A stretch of DNA of 64,000 bases from Paramecium tetraurelia (lineage: Eukaryota): contig CT868163.1 of the NCBI GenBank assembly GCA_000165425.1, positions 62,001 to 126,000 of the forward strand. The letters run 5' to 3'. Below the pieces are notes generated by a model that searched no databases, was not told the DNA's origin, and saw only the letters and a program-made list of their open reading frames with translations. A program made the position numbers and the translations under genes. This document shows positions 12,974 through 27,000 of this stretch, one piece after another. Within the stretch, counting starts at the first letter, position 1, and the number at the start of each line of letters is the position of its first letter.

Positions 12974-15616
12974 ATGAGACCACAGTCTCCCAAATTTTTT
13001 CAAACTCAGACTATTGCAACAACTAGAGTTGTCAATTCCCCACCCAAAGACAAGCGTCATGATTCTTGTGGTAGATTAGCAAAGGTTACAACCTATTAAT
13101 CAAGGCCTAAAACCACTCTCACCACTACTACGTATAGACCTGTTATAGAGACTAGGACTGTAAAGTTGTGTACAGAAAAAAAGTGTTAAGGACATGTAAA
13201 CAATCTATTTATGCTAGGAAACCTTAATTGATTAATTGACATAAGAAAATAATAAATTAAATTAAAGAGTAAATGAACTTTAAAATGAATTAGATCAGTA
13301 GGTGGAGAAATATGAAGGCGAATAATAAGTTTGGGTTAACACAAGCTTGGAAACTGAGAGCAAGATAAAACTACTAGAAGAAACCTAAAAAAATCACAAG
13401 CAAGAAGTTTCTTATCTAAATTCAGAGCTTAATACTTTTAAATCATAGTTCTAATATTAGGATGATTAAATCAGATTCTTATCCTCATAGTTAAAATAGC
13501 AAGAAGTACTTGAAAACAAAATTGCTCTATTGAGTTCTGAGATTGAAAGACTTCAATACGTGATTGAAGATAAAAATGAAGGCATTTCACTATTGAAATT
13601 TAGAGTTCAAGATTATGAAAAGCAATTGTAAGTGGGGTAAAATGTGATTGAGGATAGGAACCATTTAATCTAAGAATTGTAATAGAAATATAATCATTGC
13701 GAACAAGAACTCCTATTTTCAAATAACATAATCCATGAGCTAAAATTTGAAATTACACAAAAAGACTCATAAACATAATAAATGCTAGCTTAAAAAGATT
13801 CATTAATGTAAACATATAGAGAGAATCTGGAATTGTTAGAAAAGAAATTAGCATAATCTCAATAAAATGAATAATTATTGTAAGATCAAATAGATAAGAC
13901 TGAAAAGGAAAGAGAAGATATAAACAATAAGGTTCAATAACTTGAAACAGAATTAAATGAATATAGAGAATAAAACTATTAATTAAATTAACAAGTAATT
14001 ATTAATGATCAAACCAACGAAGTTCTATAGACTTAATTGATTCAATAGACTTAACATCATTAAAATTAATTGTCAAATAAAGACACTGAACATGAATTAA
14101 CAAAGTAAGAAAGGGAAACATTGGTAAATCAATTATTACAAATTAAATAAGAATTAGAAGATAAAACATAAGAACTAGATGATTTGAAGGAGATGGAAAA
14201 ATGCTTGACATCTTAATTAAAGGAAAAAACTAGTGAACTAAATTAAATAACTGAAGAATTATAGATAGCAAAAACTAAATTAGAAAATTCTGATGAATAG
14301 ATTAGAACTTAATAATTAATATTGATCGAGAAGGAAGCTATTAATAGTGAATTGAAAGATGACCTAAATTTAAAGTAGGAAAGCCTATTATAATTGGAGA
14401 GATAACTAGAATCATAAATAGAGATTAATAAATCATTATAAAATCTGATTTGCGGATTAAAATAACAAAATACTGAACTTGAAGATAAATATAATACATA
14501 GGAGAATGCACTTAAATAATAATAGGTTTAATCAGAAGAGTAACAAAGATAGAATGATGAAAAAATATAGGAAGCAGTATATTAATAGTCTTAGTTAAAT
14601 GATTAAATAAGCTAATTAATTACAAAGTAAGATAGTTTATTACTTTAAATATAAGATCTTCAATCATCTCTTTTAAATTTTTAATAGGTCTCATCAGAGT
14701 AAATTAATAACTTGTAATAATAAAATGAGAATCATATTTTAAGTGAGGATGCTCTAAAAGAAGAAAAGATATAGTTAATACAATAAATATTACTTAATTG
14801 CTTTGAAATAGAGAGATTACAACTTTAAAACAATCATTAATAAGAATAATTCAATTCATAGAATGAAAAATTGTCTCAACTGGAGAAAAATAAATAGTTA
14901 TATGAAGAAGAATTCTAAAAATTCAAAGAAAGTAGTCTTAAAAATAGTTAGAATTAAGAAACTAAAATAAAAGAGTTGTAATAATAAATAGATGAAAATC
15001 TTAAGTAAATTGATGGTTTAAAAAATGATTTAAAATATTAACTTTCTTTGGAAGAAGAATTAAATAAGAAAAACCATTTCCAATAGGATTAGATATCTCA
15101 CCTACAAGGTGTTGAGTAATAGTTGAAATATTTGAATGAACAAACTAATTTATAGACAAAACATTTGTAGAAAGAATTCGAAAGCAAAATTGAATCTGAA
15201 AGTTCATTAAGATTCAAGTTGGAGAAATTATTAGAGGAACTTAGAATAAAACAAATGTAATTAGTGGAGATGGATTCTTAAATGAGATAGATAGAATAAA
15301 ATAACAACATTGATCTTTCAAATTTAGAGGAAAGAATTAGTTACTTATAAAATGAAGTGGAGACTTGGAGACAAAAGTTTTCTATTTTAAATAAAGATTA
15401 TCATAGAGTTCAAGAAGACTTGATGATGCTTCAAGCAGAGTTTGATGCATATAAGAAAAGAGGTTTCGATATCAAAAATATTAAAGTATTAATTAAATAT
15501 CTAATTTTAAGGAATCTACCTATTTTGAAGTTAGAAAGTCGTCTCTGTATAAGGAGAACATTGATATAAAGGGAAGTTAGACTTCAATAGGAAGACCTCT
15601 CAGAGAAAATAAATGA
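12974..15616 (+). CDS. Large Q/E/K-rich coiled-coil protein
   Basis: MRPQSPKFFQTQ... long open frame under table 6 with heptad-like content (LENKIALLSSEIERL; EVETWRQKFSILNKDYHRVQEDLMML). Introns near 13196 and 15486. Confidence 0.8.
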
Positions 15617-15640
15617 CTAATATAAATTTAAAAGTAAATA

Positions 15641-18270
15641 TCAACACTCATAATTAATTTTGATTTGGTTAATAATGTCTAACCCTTCTCCATTTTTTAT
15701 ACAGCCAACAAACCATTTATATTTAAATTTATCACTTTCTTTGATTGTTTGGGCAGCTTAAACTATTTATTTAACAAATATATTGGCTTAAGGATACCTG
15801 CTATTTTTAGCAAAGATCTACACTTAAGCATTAGATTATTAGTAAAGATTAATGTTGTCTTATTCGGTCTTTTTTAATTTGGTTAATTCCTCCTTATTTA
15901 ATGTAATCTACACATAAATTTTATAATCGTAAGTAGATAAATAATCTATAGTAATTTATTCTCCATTCGATAAGTCAGTAGAAGTTTATTAATTGCCCAC
16001 AAGTGAATCAAAGTGAGTCTTAATAGTTCCACATTCATTCTGATATTTTTTACCTACTTTACAAATTTTATTTTCAACAATCAAATCCAAATCATAGACT
16101 CCAAACCAAGATAAAGTGATAGTCAAATCTGACTGAATTGGAATAATTGGATGAATATAAATATTTTGATTACTCTAAATGTAAATACAACTTTGATAGC
16201 TGTCAGTGTTGAATACGACTGTAGCATATTAACCTTAGGGATAATTGTAGAATGTTAATTAATTATGTTCCATATTGGATTCATAAATTATAATGCTTTT
16301 CTCAGCATTAATATTAATACTTTAACAGTTATACAATAATGAATTATGAATGGTAATTTGTGTTCCAATAGGTAAAACATTATTCTCCTAGAATATCAAT
16401 TAAATATTGTAGTATTTTATTAATTAGGTTAATGCATCTTATTAAACCTTTGAAGGTATTTGTATGATCTATTCATGCTACATTGGATAGTCTACTTATT
16501 TAGAATGTTTATTTTTATGTTTTCGTTCAGAAGACTCAAAATTCCATTTAATGGCTGCGGATGGTGAAAAGAGACACACTTAAATGTTGTCTTAAATATT
16601 TTGCAAGATGTCTTTGAAATGGCCTTTAAGATATAAGAATTCTGAGTCAACAGCATCTTCTTGAGAGATGATAACATCTTTTTGATTAATTGTATTAACT
16701 AAGAATTATCCATTTTCGATTGAAAGTATGAGTTCAAATAATACTGCACAGCCATTTGAGCAATAATCTTTAATACTTTACACAATGTCTACAGGCACTT
16801 TTTGAGAGCATTATTGAGGGAGCCAATCAATCGCTTAGAACATTTGATGAGTTGGCAATGTATTTAAATTGTTTACTGGAATGTAATTTAGAGGAGATAC
16901 ATAAGTTTTTCTGTAGATTTCAATATCTGGTAAAGAGTTAGCTGCAAATATTCCTGCGAATATTAGACAAAATGAAAATAAAAGAGCAATTTATTTTAGT
17001 GTTTAGGAAATAGCTGTCAAATAAATAATATAGATTACCATTTTCTTGTACTAATCTAATTTAAAATATCATAAATGATAACATAATTAAGAGGATAGCC
17101 TCCCAACTTGTTAATAAGCAGTATGAGATATATTTTTTTAATAATATCTGACTAATTAGACTGCAACAGTTCCAATTGATACAACCAAACTATTCACTTT
17201 CTCTGTGTTCCCAAATCTGTGTTTATTATTCATTTGGACAATCCAATTAAAAGGAATCTTGGGCTCCAAAATACTTATTTGAACATCCCAAATCCTCAAG
17301 CATTTGAGATGGGATTAAATTCATTTAATTTCTGCATTCATCTTTACCCAAATAAACTTCTGAATATTATTACAGATTCCTTATTAATTGTCCATTGCTA
17401 CCAATCAGAGCAAAAACAAAACCAATTAAGATATTCCTAATTAAAATATATCAAATAATACTACCCTAAAATAAATTTGTAGATAGGATTCTTGAATATT
17501 CTGTAATATTGACCCAAGGTATCAATCAAAAATATGAAGAATATTATTAAAGCAATAAACAAGGAAGCTCCTGAAATATAGGTGATTAAGTATTTATCAT
17601 TGGGATTTAGTACATGATTAATTATGCTTACAGACTTCATATCATCTTAATTGGAATAGACAATGATAGCCACGAGATTTGTTATCAGGGCAAAAAAGTA
17701 AATGAAATAATTGTAGGTAATAGCATTCTTACTAAATAGGAGGAAAACATATCCCATAAATATGAGACTTATGGTTTAAGCTGCTGATACAAACACTTCT
17801 ATCAATAAGTTGCCTTGGAATCTCACTGATTAGTATATTAACTATAAATCTTCGTATGATGAAGGTTCCATTTGCGCAACTTTAGATTGCATTCCGATCT
17901 CATAAAATATGGGATTCATTACTCCCAAGGTTATCACTATTGTTAAAGTAAAGCAGATAGCAACAAATAAGAGTCTAGATATGTTATCATTTTAATTTTC
18001 ATAATATTAGCAATTTGCTTGTTGCAACTTTGTGATATATGAAAATGAATAAACTAGCCCTAATATTGCAAATAAGATGGATATCATTTCCGTCATCAGA
18101 TGTAGCATATCGAAGAATGGGTGGAATTACAGATTGTATTGACTTGAAAGGTATAGCTGGATAATTGATAAAGTTAGGCAGGCAGCGCTTGATATTCTCA
18201 GATGAAACTTCAGGAACAAACACAATTCATCATTTGTGTAGATTTCCCTTTAAATTTCTTAAAATTTCAT
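15641..18270 (-). CDS. Multi-pass membrane protein with a C-terminal soluble domain containing a YfaP/DUF2135-like motif
   Basis: MKFQEIQRE... many hydrophobic spans (ISILFAILGLVYSF; LLFVAICFTLTIVITLGV; ISGASLFIALIIFFIFLI; LFSFCLIFAGIFAA), then a continuous frame to DLTITLSWFGVYDLDLIVE...NGEQITI...YKIYV...NYEC*. Confidence 0.7.
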
Positions 18271-18386
18271 TGTCTTCTAACGATAATTTTAATTATAAAA
18301 TTAACATTTATAAAGTGATTGTTTGAATTATTCTGAGAAAGAAAATAAACAAAATATAACTTGCAATTTTATAGGAATAAAATAGA

Positions 18387-20326
18387 TCAGACATATTTTA
18401 AATTATATTAACCCAAAATAGTGGTTACCTTTTCTGAAAGTATGTCTGGTTCTTCTTTAGCCTTGTTTAATAGTAGTTCTTCAATTTTATAATCAATATT
18501 TTTTTGATCTACTTAGAATAGTACTCTCGATCTAGCTGTATCTATCATTGATAAGTAAATTAGACATTTGATTTTTTTCAGTTCAGAATCATTATCATCT
18601 TTATATTTGTAAAATGAATCTTGCAACATCTTCAATAATTCTTTGTACAATTCAATGTTGGTTTATTCGTATTGCTTATTAAAGTCCAGGGAGTCGTTGG
18701 GTTCGCATTGTATTTATTTCATGACACTCTTCCTGAACCATGAAATTAATCCAGTGCTGGCTCCTTCCCTAACAGTAATATTATCAAGTCTTTTTTTATC
18801 TTCTCCTTTCACTTATTTTTCCAATAGTGAATACCTATCATAAGACCCTAAAGTAGGTTAATAGAAAGAGAATCTGTGTTATAACTTTATGAATATTTGT
18901 TTAGAGACCATCCTTAGATATTCAACGTACATGTTAAACGTCGATTCCATTGACATGTAACTAAGCTTGCTTTATTTAACTAGAGGTATCAATTATTCGA
19001 TATAATCAGCTAATTTCAAAATTGCTAGGTATTAATTTCTTGTATTATAAAGTTGCATAATTTAATCGTCCTCTTTTTTTGAGTTATCATATATTTTGGT
19101 AGGAATATTATTTTTGGGTTGAATAGGAATTTGTGGAAAGACTTCAGAATTTAAATCTTTGATGTAATTGTCCATTTATTCTTATTTATCTTCTTTAAGG
19201 ACTTTCTTAACATCACTTTTGCTATCAAATTTAACTTGATTATCTTCAATTTATTATTTTTGTTGACCATAATCCAAAATTGACTCATCAAATTTTTATG
19301 AATAAATGATTTAATTCTCTTTTAATTCTAAATCGATTGGATTAGATAGATCTCCTTCTTTGAACTTAAAAAATTCATGTTAATATAATTCCTAAAATGT
19401 AATTCTTTGTTTTGGATCGTATTTAAGCATTCTTATTATGAGACTCCTCAATTAAAGATTAGCAATGTGATTAAAATCAGCATTCTCCTTCTTAATTAAA
19501 TCTTAAAGTGGAGTTCGATTTGTTGGATCAAAATAAGGATATTTACCAGACAACATGTAGTACAAGCAGACTCCGAGACTGTACATGTCAGCTTGGAATG
19601 AGTACTTTTATTCGTTTAAAATCTCAGGAGCTTAATTCTATTATGAAATTTGATACCCATGTTTAATTCAGTTCCTGCCCAAGTACTTGTTTACGACTAA
19701 AGGTCTTCCAACTTCTTGGCTAATCCTAAATCAATCAATTTATAGGTTGCTCTTTCGAATACTGAGAGATCATTTCTAGTCTACAAGGCAACCTAATCGT
19801 CGTTTGACATGTGAATAGCAAAGTTTTCTAACTTCAAGTCTCGGTGAATGATCTTATTCGCATGCAAATAACACAATCCATTTACAAGCTATCTCAAAAT
19901 AATTATCGCCAAGTCGTCTGGCAATTTGCCTTTGTAATACCTTTTCACCAAATATTCAACATCTAATTAACAAAACTAATAATTTAAAGTTTAATGGTAC
20001 CTCCAGAACTAATATCAATTTATCGTGAGTTTATTGACTTTTAAATAATTTAATCACATTTTTGTTGTCACTCTCTGATAACAATTTCATCTCGTTTTAC
20101 ATGTAAGGTATGATCTCCTTTTGCATATTTTTTAAGTCGATCACCTAAGCTAATTATGAAGAAATCCTACTTTTATAGCCACTACTTGTCCATCAGCAGT
20201 TTCTGCTTTGTACACCTATGCATAAGAACCTCTTCCGATGCCTGTTAATTTTACGTACTCTCCAGGGTATGCGGCTTAAATAACAGCCTAATCTGATCCA
20301 CCTAAATTCCCAAGGAGAGCATTCAT
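18387..20326 (-). CDS. Ser/Thr protein kinase (ULK/ATG1- or CAMK-like) with long C-terminal tail
   Basis: IGRGSYAQVY, VAIK, IIHRDLKLEN, YKLIDLGLAK, GTELNMAPE, ADMYSLG. Confidence 0.88.
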
Positions 20327-20451
20327 TTGATAAATAAATTATTGATTTAATAGAAATACAAAATTTAAACAATTTAAAGCAATATTGTATTCCTAATAGA
20401 ATCAGAATATCGTAGTTAATAATCATATTTAAAATATATAGCAATTATTCA

Positions 20452-21576
20452 TCAACTTTAAGGTAAGAATAGATCCATCTTTTATGCATTTGACAACATT
20501 TATGTACTGGCATTCTTTTAGAACACGCTTGTGGGTTTCATCGAGCTACTCATAAACTTATTAAAATTACTAAATTTCGCTGCTTCCTGGCATTTGATAT
20601 GCAGGCATCAATGGATTTGTATATCTCTTACTTTCAATTCCTTTCTTAAGTGAACCTGGCTTCACCCCTTCTATATCGGATACACTATTTATTTGTCTAT
20701 AATCTTTCCTTTCATTTGTCCTCAAAAAGTGCTACGAGTGAGACCCAGCTTAAGCACCTATGATATCTTTAGTTGTTAGAATTGAAGAGGCGAACTTATT
20801 AATTGTTACGGGATGTAGTTATTTAGTTTTGCTTCCGTCTATAAAACCTATTTACACTAGTTTTCTAATTTTATCATATTTCTTTCATACCCATCTTCAT
20901 CTCTATGCGGATAAACAGGATCAATAGGATTTGTATTTCGGACGTACTTGTGTAATAAATCATTATTGATATCCTTAACTTGCAACGAGTCAACATAATC
21001 TTCCCTTTAATAAATCAATACCTTTAGGCAAGAAACGCTATTTGGGATGCGAACCTTCCACCTCTTCCATCGAGACAGGCTGCTTTTTCAATTTAGGATT
21101 CATAGACGAAGGCTGTGTCCCTTCAATATCCTACACATTGTGGCTATCTCTTATGAATTTAGGTTATATTGGTTCAACTTGTTCATATGATGCTACTTTA
21201 TAAACAGGTTCAAGTGGATTTATAGGCTCTCTATTTGTTGAAAATTTATTCACTTTAGGTCTCGTTCCTTTAATATCATCTATCATTAACTGATTATCAG
21301 ATCTATTGCTGACTCTGATAAGTGGTCGAGATTTAGTTCCTGGAATATCATCATCTCGATTACAAAATTATTCTTTATTTAAGTATTGATATGGCTTTAA
21401 CTTCGGAGCTGCTCCGTCAATGCCTTATATTGTCATTGTTGATTAAGATCTATTTTCGTAGACGAAATCTCTTTTTTAGTTTTCTAATGATATTCTACAT
21501 TTTAAATACTGATTGTTGAGAGACTCATGAGATCTTAACGATGAGGAAAAGGCCAATTATATGGATCTTATTGCAT
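20452..21576 (-). CDS. Repeat protein with DI(E/P/K)G and NPLxPxY motifs
   Basis: Repeats DDIPGTKSRP, DDIKGTRP, DIEGTQPS, EEVEGSHP, DIIGAQAG, DIEGVKPG alternate with INPLEPVY, TNPIDPVY, TNPLMPAY. Confidence 0.78.
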
Positions 21577-21628
21577 TAAGTTATCAGACAAATATTATTA
21601 AATAAACTTAAGTAATCGATCAAATATA

Positions 21629-22190
21629 TCAATAAAACAAATATTGCTATTATTATTAATATGGTTGATAAATAGGTCTTAATTCACCTGGAGAACTATA
21701 GATTTTATATTCAACAGGAGGCTTTTCTCTGCTCTGTAAAGCCTTATCGAACATTTATAAGTCACTGGGCAAAGCTGTTTATTTTTCGTATTTCCCTAAG
21801 TTTTTTCTTCTCATGTCTTGTTTCTCTCTTCTCAACTCAACAATTTGTTGTTGCTATAGATGTTTAATCTAAATATCGATTCTTATAAAGAAGCCTAATT
21901 TTTTAGATAAATGTACTTTTTTCATCGCAAAAGGCAGTGCTAAATCTTTTTGGAGATTTACAGGTTCATGTTATTTTTCTTGAATAAATGAGGATAATCC
22001 TTTTGAAGCTTCAGTGAGGTTTCTTCAAATGATTTTGTTCTCTAAATAGAATTGCTATAATTTGCTGATGATCTCTAATTGAATTTAATTTTCTTCAAAA
22101 TTAATTCGATCTTAAATTCCTTTAAATTTTTATTCTCCACTGTATTTATATATGTGACTAGGTTCTATAATTTGGTTTATTAAATAGCAG
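21629..22190 (-). pseudogene. Probable decayed gene of unknown function
   Basis: Protein-like frames (IEPSHIYKYSGEQ..., ELRREKQDMRRKNLGKYEKQTALP) with an in-frame TGA at 22025-22027, no clear ATG, and frames that cannot be joined simply. Confidence 0.35.
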
Positions 22191-22251
22191 TATTTTTATA
22201 ACTAATAAAATTAAATATTAATAAAAATTCTATTAAACAAAAATTAAATAA

Positions 22252-24068
22252 TCATGCTATTTTAACAATTGAGACACCTTCGGCTTAATTACTTTGGATA
22301 TTAGCCAATTTTTATTTTTATAGTTTTTTTGACATGGTCTATAATTATTCTTTGAATGCCTTTTTTTTCTCTTTTTATGCTTATTTCAATTATTTCACTA
22401 ATTCTTTCCTATGTTTCTTTTCTTCAGGAGTTTCCTCTTTTTTGATAACTACTTACTTCAAGGTTTCTAATAAATATAATTTGTATACATACCACAAACA
22501 GCTTCTTTGACCTTTTCCTTCTCTTATTTTAATTCTTTAATTTTAATCTTATCTTCTTCCTTTTATTTCATCCTATCCTCTTTGGTAGATTAAACTTACC
22601 CTTTAGTTTTATATTTGATTATGTTTAATTGATCTGGATTCATTTTAGACATTGTAGTGTTATGCAGAGATTTAGTAACAATTGTTTCTTAATACTTTTC
22701 AGCAGGTTCCATGTCAGGACATTCTTCGTCAGTGGACTCCCTATTTAGATAGTTCTACAACGCGATATCTTCTTCGGGAGTGAGAGGTGGTACCTCCTTC
22801 TTAAGATGGAATTATGAAAAATCTGCATTAGGGAATTTTTATTTCAAGTACTCATTGTAATCTGTATTTCTTAAATACTCAAGTCTCTTTTCTTTCTATT
22901 CTAAAATTAGTTATGGTAATATATCATACATTCAGTTTCTTCAGGTTGATCTTGTGGTTTTTGTTAACTTTTTGATTTTTTCTATTACTTTTTGGTCATT
23001 GTATTAAGATGATCATCTATAACCTTATTAAGCATTTAATCATTAACAAACTCTTTATTTGATTGGTCTTCATCATCTTCATCATCTGGTGCTTCATAAG
23101 CATTCATTTCTCTTTCAAATTCTCTTTCCATATCAGAATCAATTTCTAATTCTGAATCAGAATCACTTTATTATTTTTTAGTTTATTTTTATTATTTCTA
23201 TTGTTGTTATTACTTTTGTTATGATTTTTAATTCATTTTATTTTTATCATAAGTAATTTCCATTTCCTCTTCATCCTCATAATCCTCATCATTATCAGAT
23301 TCCTCTTAATCTTAAAATCTAACTTATTTTTTAGGTGATTCAGCTACTTTTTATACCTATTCTACCTTCTCCTCTTAAAAGGGTTGTTATTTATTTTATT
23401 GTATTAAATTAGCAACAAAATCATCTTCTAACTCTTCTTAATTTTCTTAAACATTTTCATCATCATCATCATCTTTATCTTCTTTCATCAATAGATCATA
23501 CACCTCTTATTATTCTTTTGTTAATTCTTCTCTTTTGAAATCTATATCGTAGACAACCTTGGACCTCTCTTCTTCAGGAACCACAAAGACACATTCCACT
23601 TCACCTTAGGCTAAGAGATCATTTAAATGAAATTATTACGTCTCTCTGGAGCAAGATGCTAGGAATAATCATACCCATCCAAAGGCAATCCATTTTCATC
23701 ATAATGTTTCATGACCACATCCTGGAATTGCTCTTATTTCTGTTTTAATGCTTGTACGGCCTTTTATTTGGCCAATTGATGAATCCAGAGGTCTTCTCTT
23801 CCAGCAACCAAATGTAAGGCATCCTATGTAGGGTCAATTTCAGGCATTCGAGGTTTAAGATTGGGATCGTACTTGCCTCTGTTGAGTTCTTTTTCGATGA
23901 GGTCAGATCTACGATATTTAAATGGGAGTACAATTCATTTTGAGTACCAGGTTGATTAACTTTTTGGAAACAAATCATGTCTGTGGCTCCTTGATTATTT
24001 TCACCTGGTTGATGAACCATTTTGAGTGTGGCTGCATTCTATTTGTTGATGAATTTCTTCTTGCCCAT
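22252..24068 (-). CDS. LTV1: LTV1 (40S ribosome biogenesis factor)
   Basis: MGKKKFINKQNAATLKMVH, DENGLPLDGYDYSQHL, acidic middle, TIVTKSLHNTTMSKMNP..I, ETPEEKKHRK C-terminal basic/helical tail. Confidence 0.82.
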
Positions 24069-24097
24069 AAAATAAAATAAAACAAAATTTAAAAATT

Positions 24098-27000
24098 ATG
24101 AATAACTATCATATTTACGATGAGATAGGAAAAGGCAAGTATTCAGTTGTGTACAAGGGAAGAAAGAAGAAGACTATTGAATATATGGCAGTGAAATCAT
24201 TGGAGAAAAGCAGACGCACAAAACTTTTGAATGAAGTATCAATTAATTTGAATGAATCAGGTCAAAATGTTCTCTGGTCTCAAACACCCCAACATCTTGA
24301 AGTTTTACCATTGGTATGAGACGCGTAATCATCTCTGGGTCATTTTGGAGTATTGTCCAGGAGGTGATCTGATGGCACTGATTGAAGCAGATCAATAAGG
24401 CTTACAAGAAAACATAGTGTTACGTTTCGTGAGGGACATGGCTGCAGGATTAAACTATTTGCATTCCAAGGGCATAAGTGAGTCATTTGAAATTAAACAT
24501 AGTCTATTGCGATTTGAGACCATCGAATGTGTTATTCAATGAATATGGAGTAGCCAAACTCAGTGATTTGGGAAATGCAAAGCGCTTGGTGGACATGATC
24601 TCAGCCACCATAGGTCCAGATGTCGAGATGTCCAAAAGAGGATCACCCTATTATATGGCACCAGAATTGTTTCACGAGGGTGGAGTATACAGTTTTCAAA
24701 GTGATTTGTGGGCTCTGGGATGTATTGCATATGAATTATGTATTGGATAACCTCCATTCTAATGCAGTAGCTTTACAGAATTAGTTGAATTGATTTTGAA
24801 TGCAGAAGTCAAACCATTAGAGGTCTAATGTTGGGATTTCATTAAAGGGTAATTCTTGTGACTTAATCCTAGATTGCTGGAGAAGGATCCTCTCAAAAGA
24901 TGGGGATGGGAGAAAATTTGTAAATTCCTTAATATTTAATATTTGAATGTGCCATCTCAACCGCATTTTGAAACTTGGTGCAAAAAAAACAATCTTGTTA
25001 GAGTGACTCCTGTTCAATAGAATAACAAATAGGTGGACATTGTAAGGTTGTCCTTGAATGTCCATAAGAATATGTTAAGGGAAGATGTGCCCAGCAGTTC
25101 TCAATAACAATAATATCATAAATAGATTAGTAGTAACGAGAAGGATTTCAAGTTAACAAACAAAGACCAAGAAATATTGATAGGATCAGAATAATAATAA
25201 GATGATGATGAAATTGATAAATAACCAGATGAATTCTAAACTAATGTTTAGTCAGATTTAAATTCAATTAATTCACCGCATTTGCAACAGAAACCATTCA
25301 CTATCAAAAAAGACTCGGTGCATCCATCTACTCAAAGTCTTCTTAATTAATCCCCTATTCCTGGAGGAATTACACCTTAATAAAAGAAGGCAAATGAAAA
25401 TGATCAATTAATTCCGATTGATTAATTGTTCACTCATAGTTCTGATAATTCAGTCAAACCCATCATTGGTAATAGAGAGATTGAAAAATCAATAGATGCT
25501 ACATTTGCAAAGGAATCATTACCTTTTTAATATATTAATGCAGATGATGTTAATCGAAATATTGAAACTGATTAAATTGAATATCACTTTGAATAAATTT
25601 ACAATTCGTTACAGGTAGCCAAATAATAGGAATAATTAAACATTCTAAATTACTTTGAATAAATTATTTAGACTTCTAATGCAGCCAATCGTTTAATCAA
25701 TTCCGCATATGTTTAATTATTATTAAAATTACTCACAGTCAGTAAATTAACATAATTGAAATACCGAATTTGTTGTGTTTTAGGCTTATTGCTTCGACAT
25801 GCTACAGTTATTGAACCTGAAGTATCATAACATGGAATACCAGAAGCCATGGTGGAAATATTAAATTCAAAGGAATAGAATAATGTTCGAAGAAAGGCAG
25901 CAGCAGCTTTGGGAGAATACTTATTTTATGGGGCAACTCAAATGGAAGAAGATCCTTAGAATCCTTATTGGAAGATGAGCAATATCAGCTTCAATTAATT
26001 GATAAAGGTTATTAAATCACAGAATGAAGATGAAATCGGTACAAATCTATATCATTTAATTAGTGAAATTCTATTGCATTAAAACCATTGAAAACATTTC
26101 ATCTTAATCCATATCTATAGGATAGAGATTTGCCAAATCAGAAATAGTTTTGATGATTCTCCAATGCTTTTTGTCTACCAAAAATGATAGTTTAAGAATC
26201 AGTTGTGCCATTACCTTAGCTAATCTATTGATGTTGGACAATCAATAAGTTGATGTGTTTATGTAGAATCTTGGCTTGAAGAGTTTAGTTTCGGTATTTG
26301 TTTTCTCTCATTTAGTCTAGATATTTTTAGATAACTTACAGAGAGTATAATAGGCTATGATTACAATATTCAACATTCATCTTCTACAGAGTGTTAGCAC
26401 ACAAGATTCATCAAGCAATAATGTATCTTAATTGGCCTCAAATGCTGTCAATAAATTATTGATGGAAGAATGTATGATACGATTTCTTATTAAAAATTAG
26501 CATAATTAATAAAAGGGTTAGTTTATTTATTGGATCATGGTAATGCTGTCAGCAGAGGGAAGGCAGCTATTGCACTGATGCTGATGATTAAATTCAATAT
26601 AGTCACTCTTATCAATCTATCAGAAGAACAATTAAGATTCTACCAAATTCTAGATAAAGGACTCAGAGACAATAATGATTATTTGAAATAGTGCTTGTAA
26701 CATTTAGTACAATAACTATGTGATTGCACTCCTATTATGATCACCTAGATTAATCAATCATTGACTGATTCATAATTGATGGAATACTCTCCGAAGAAAA
26801 CTAATGGCAACTATTTAAATGTGTTATTCTAATACTCACAAACTCCAGTCTTATAGCAATCCCTATTTTCCTCTCAGTATTTACCAATCCTAACAGAATT
26901 ATTGTCATTATCAAAGAATAAAACTCAAATTCAAACTACTCTATTGAATATTATGTCCAAGATGTGTACGAACTCAAAGATTTTAATAAAGCAACAATAA

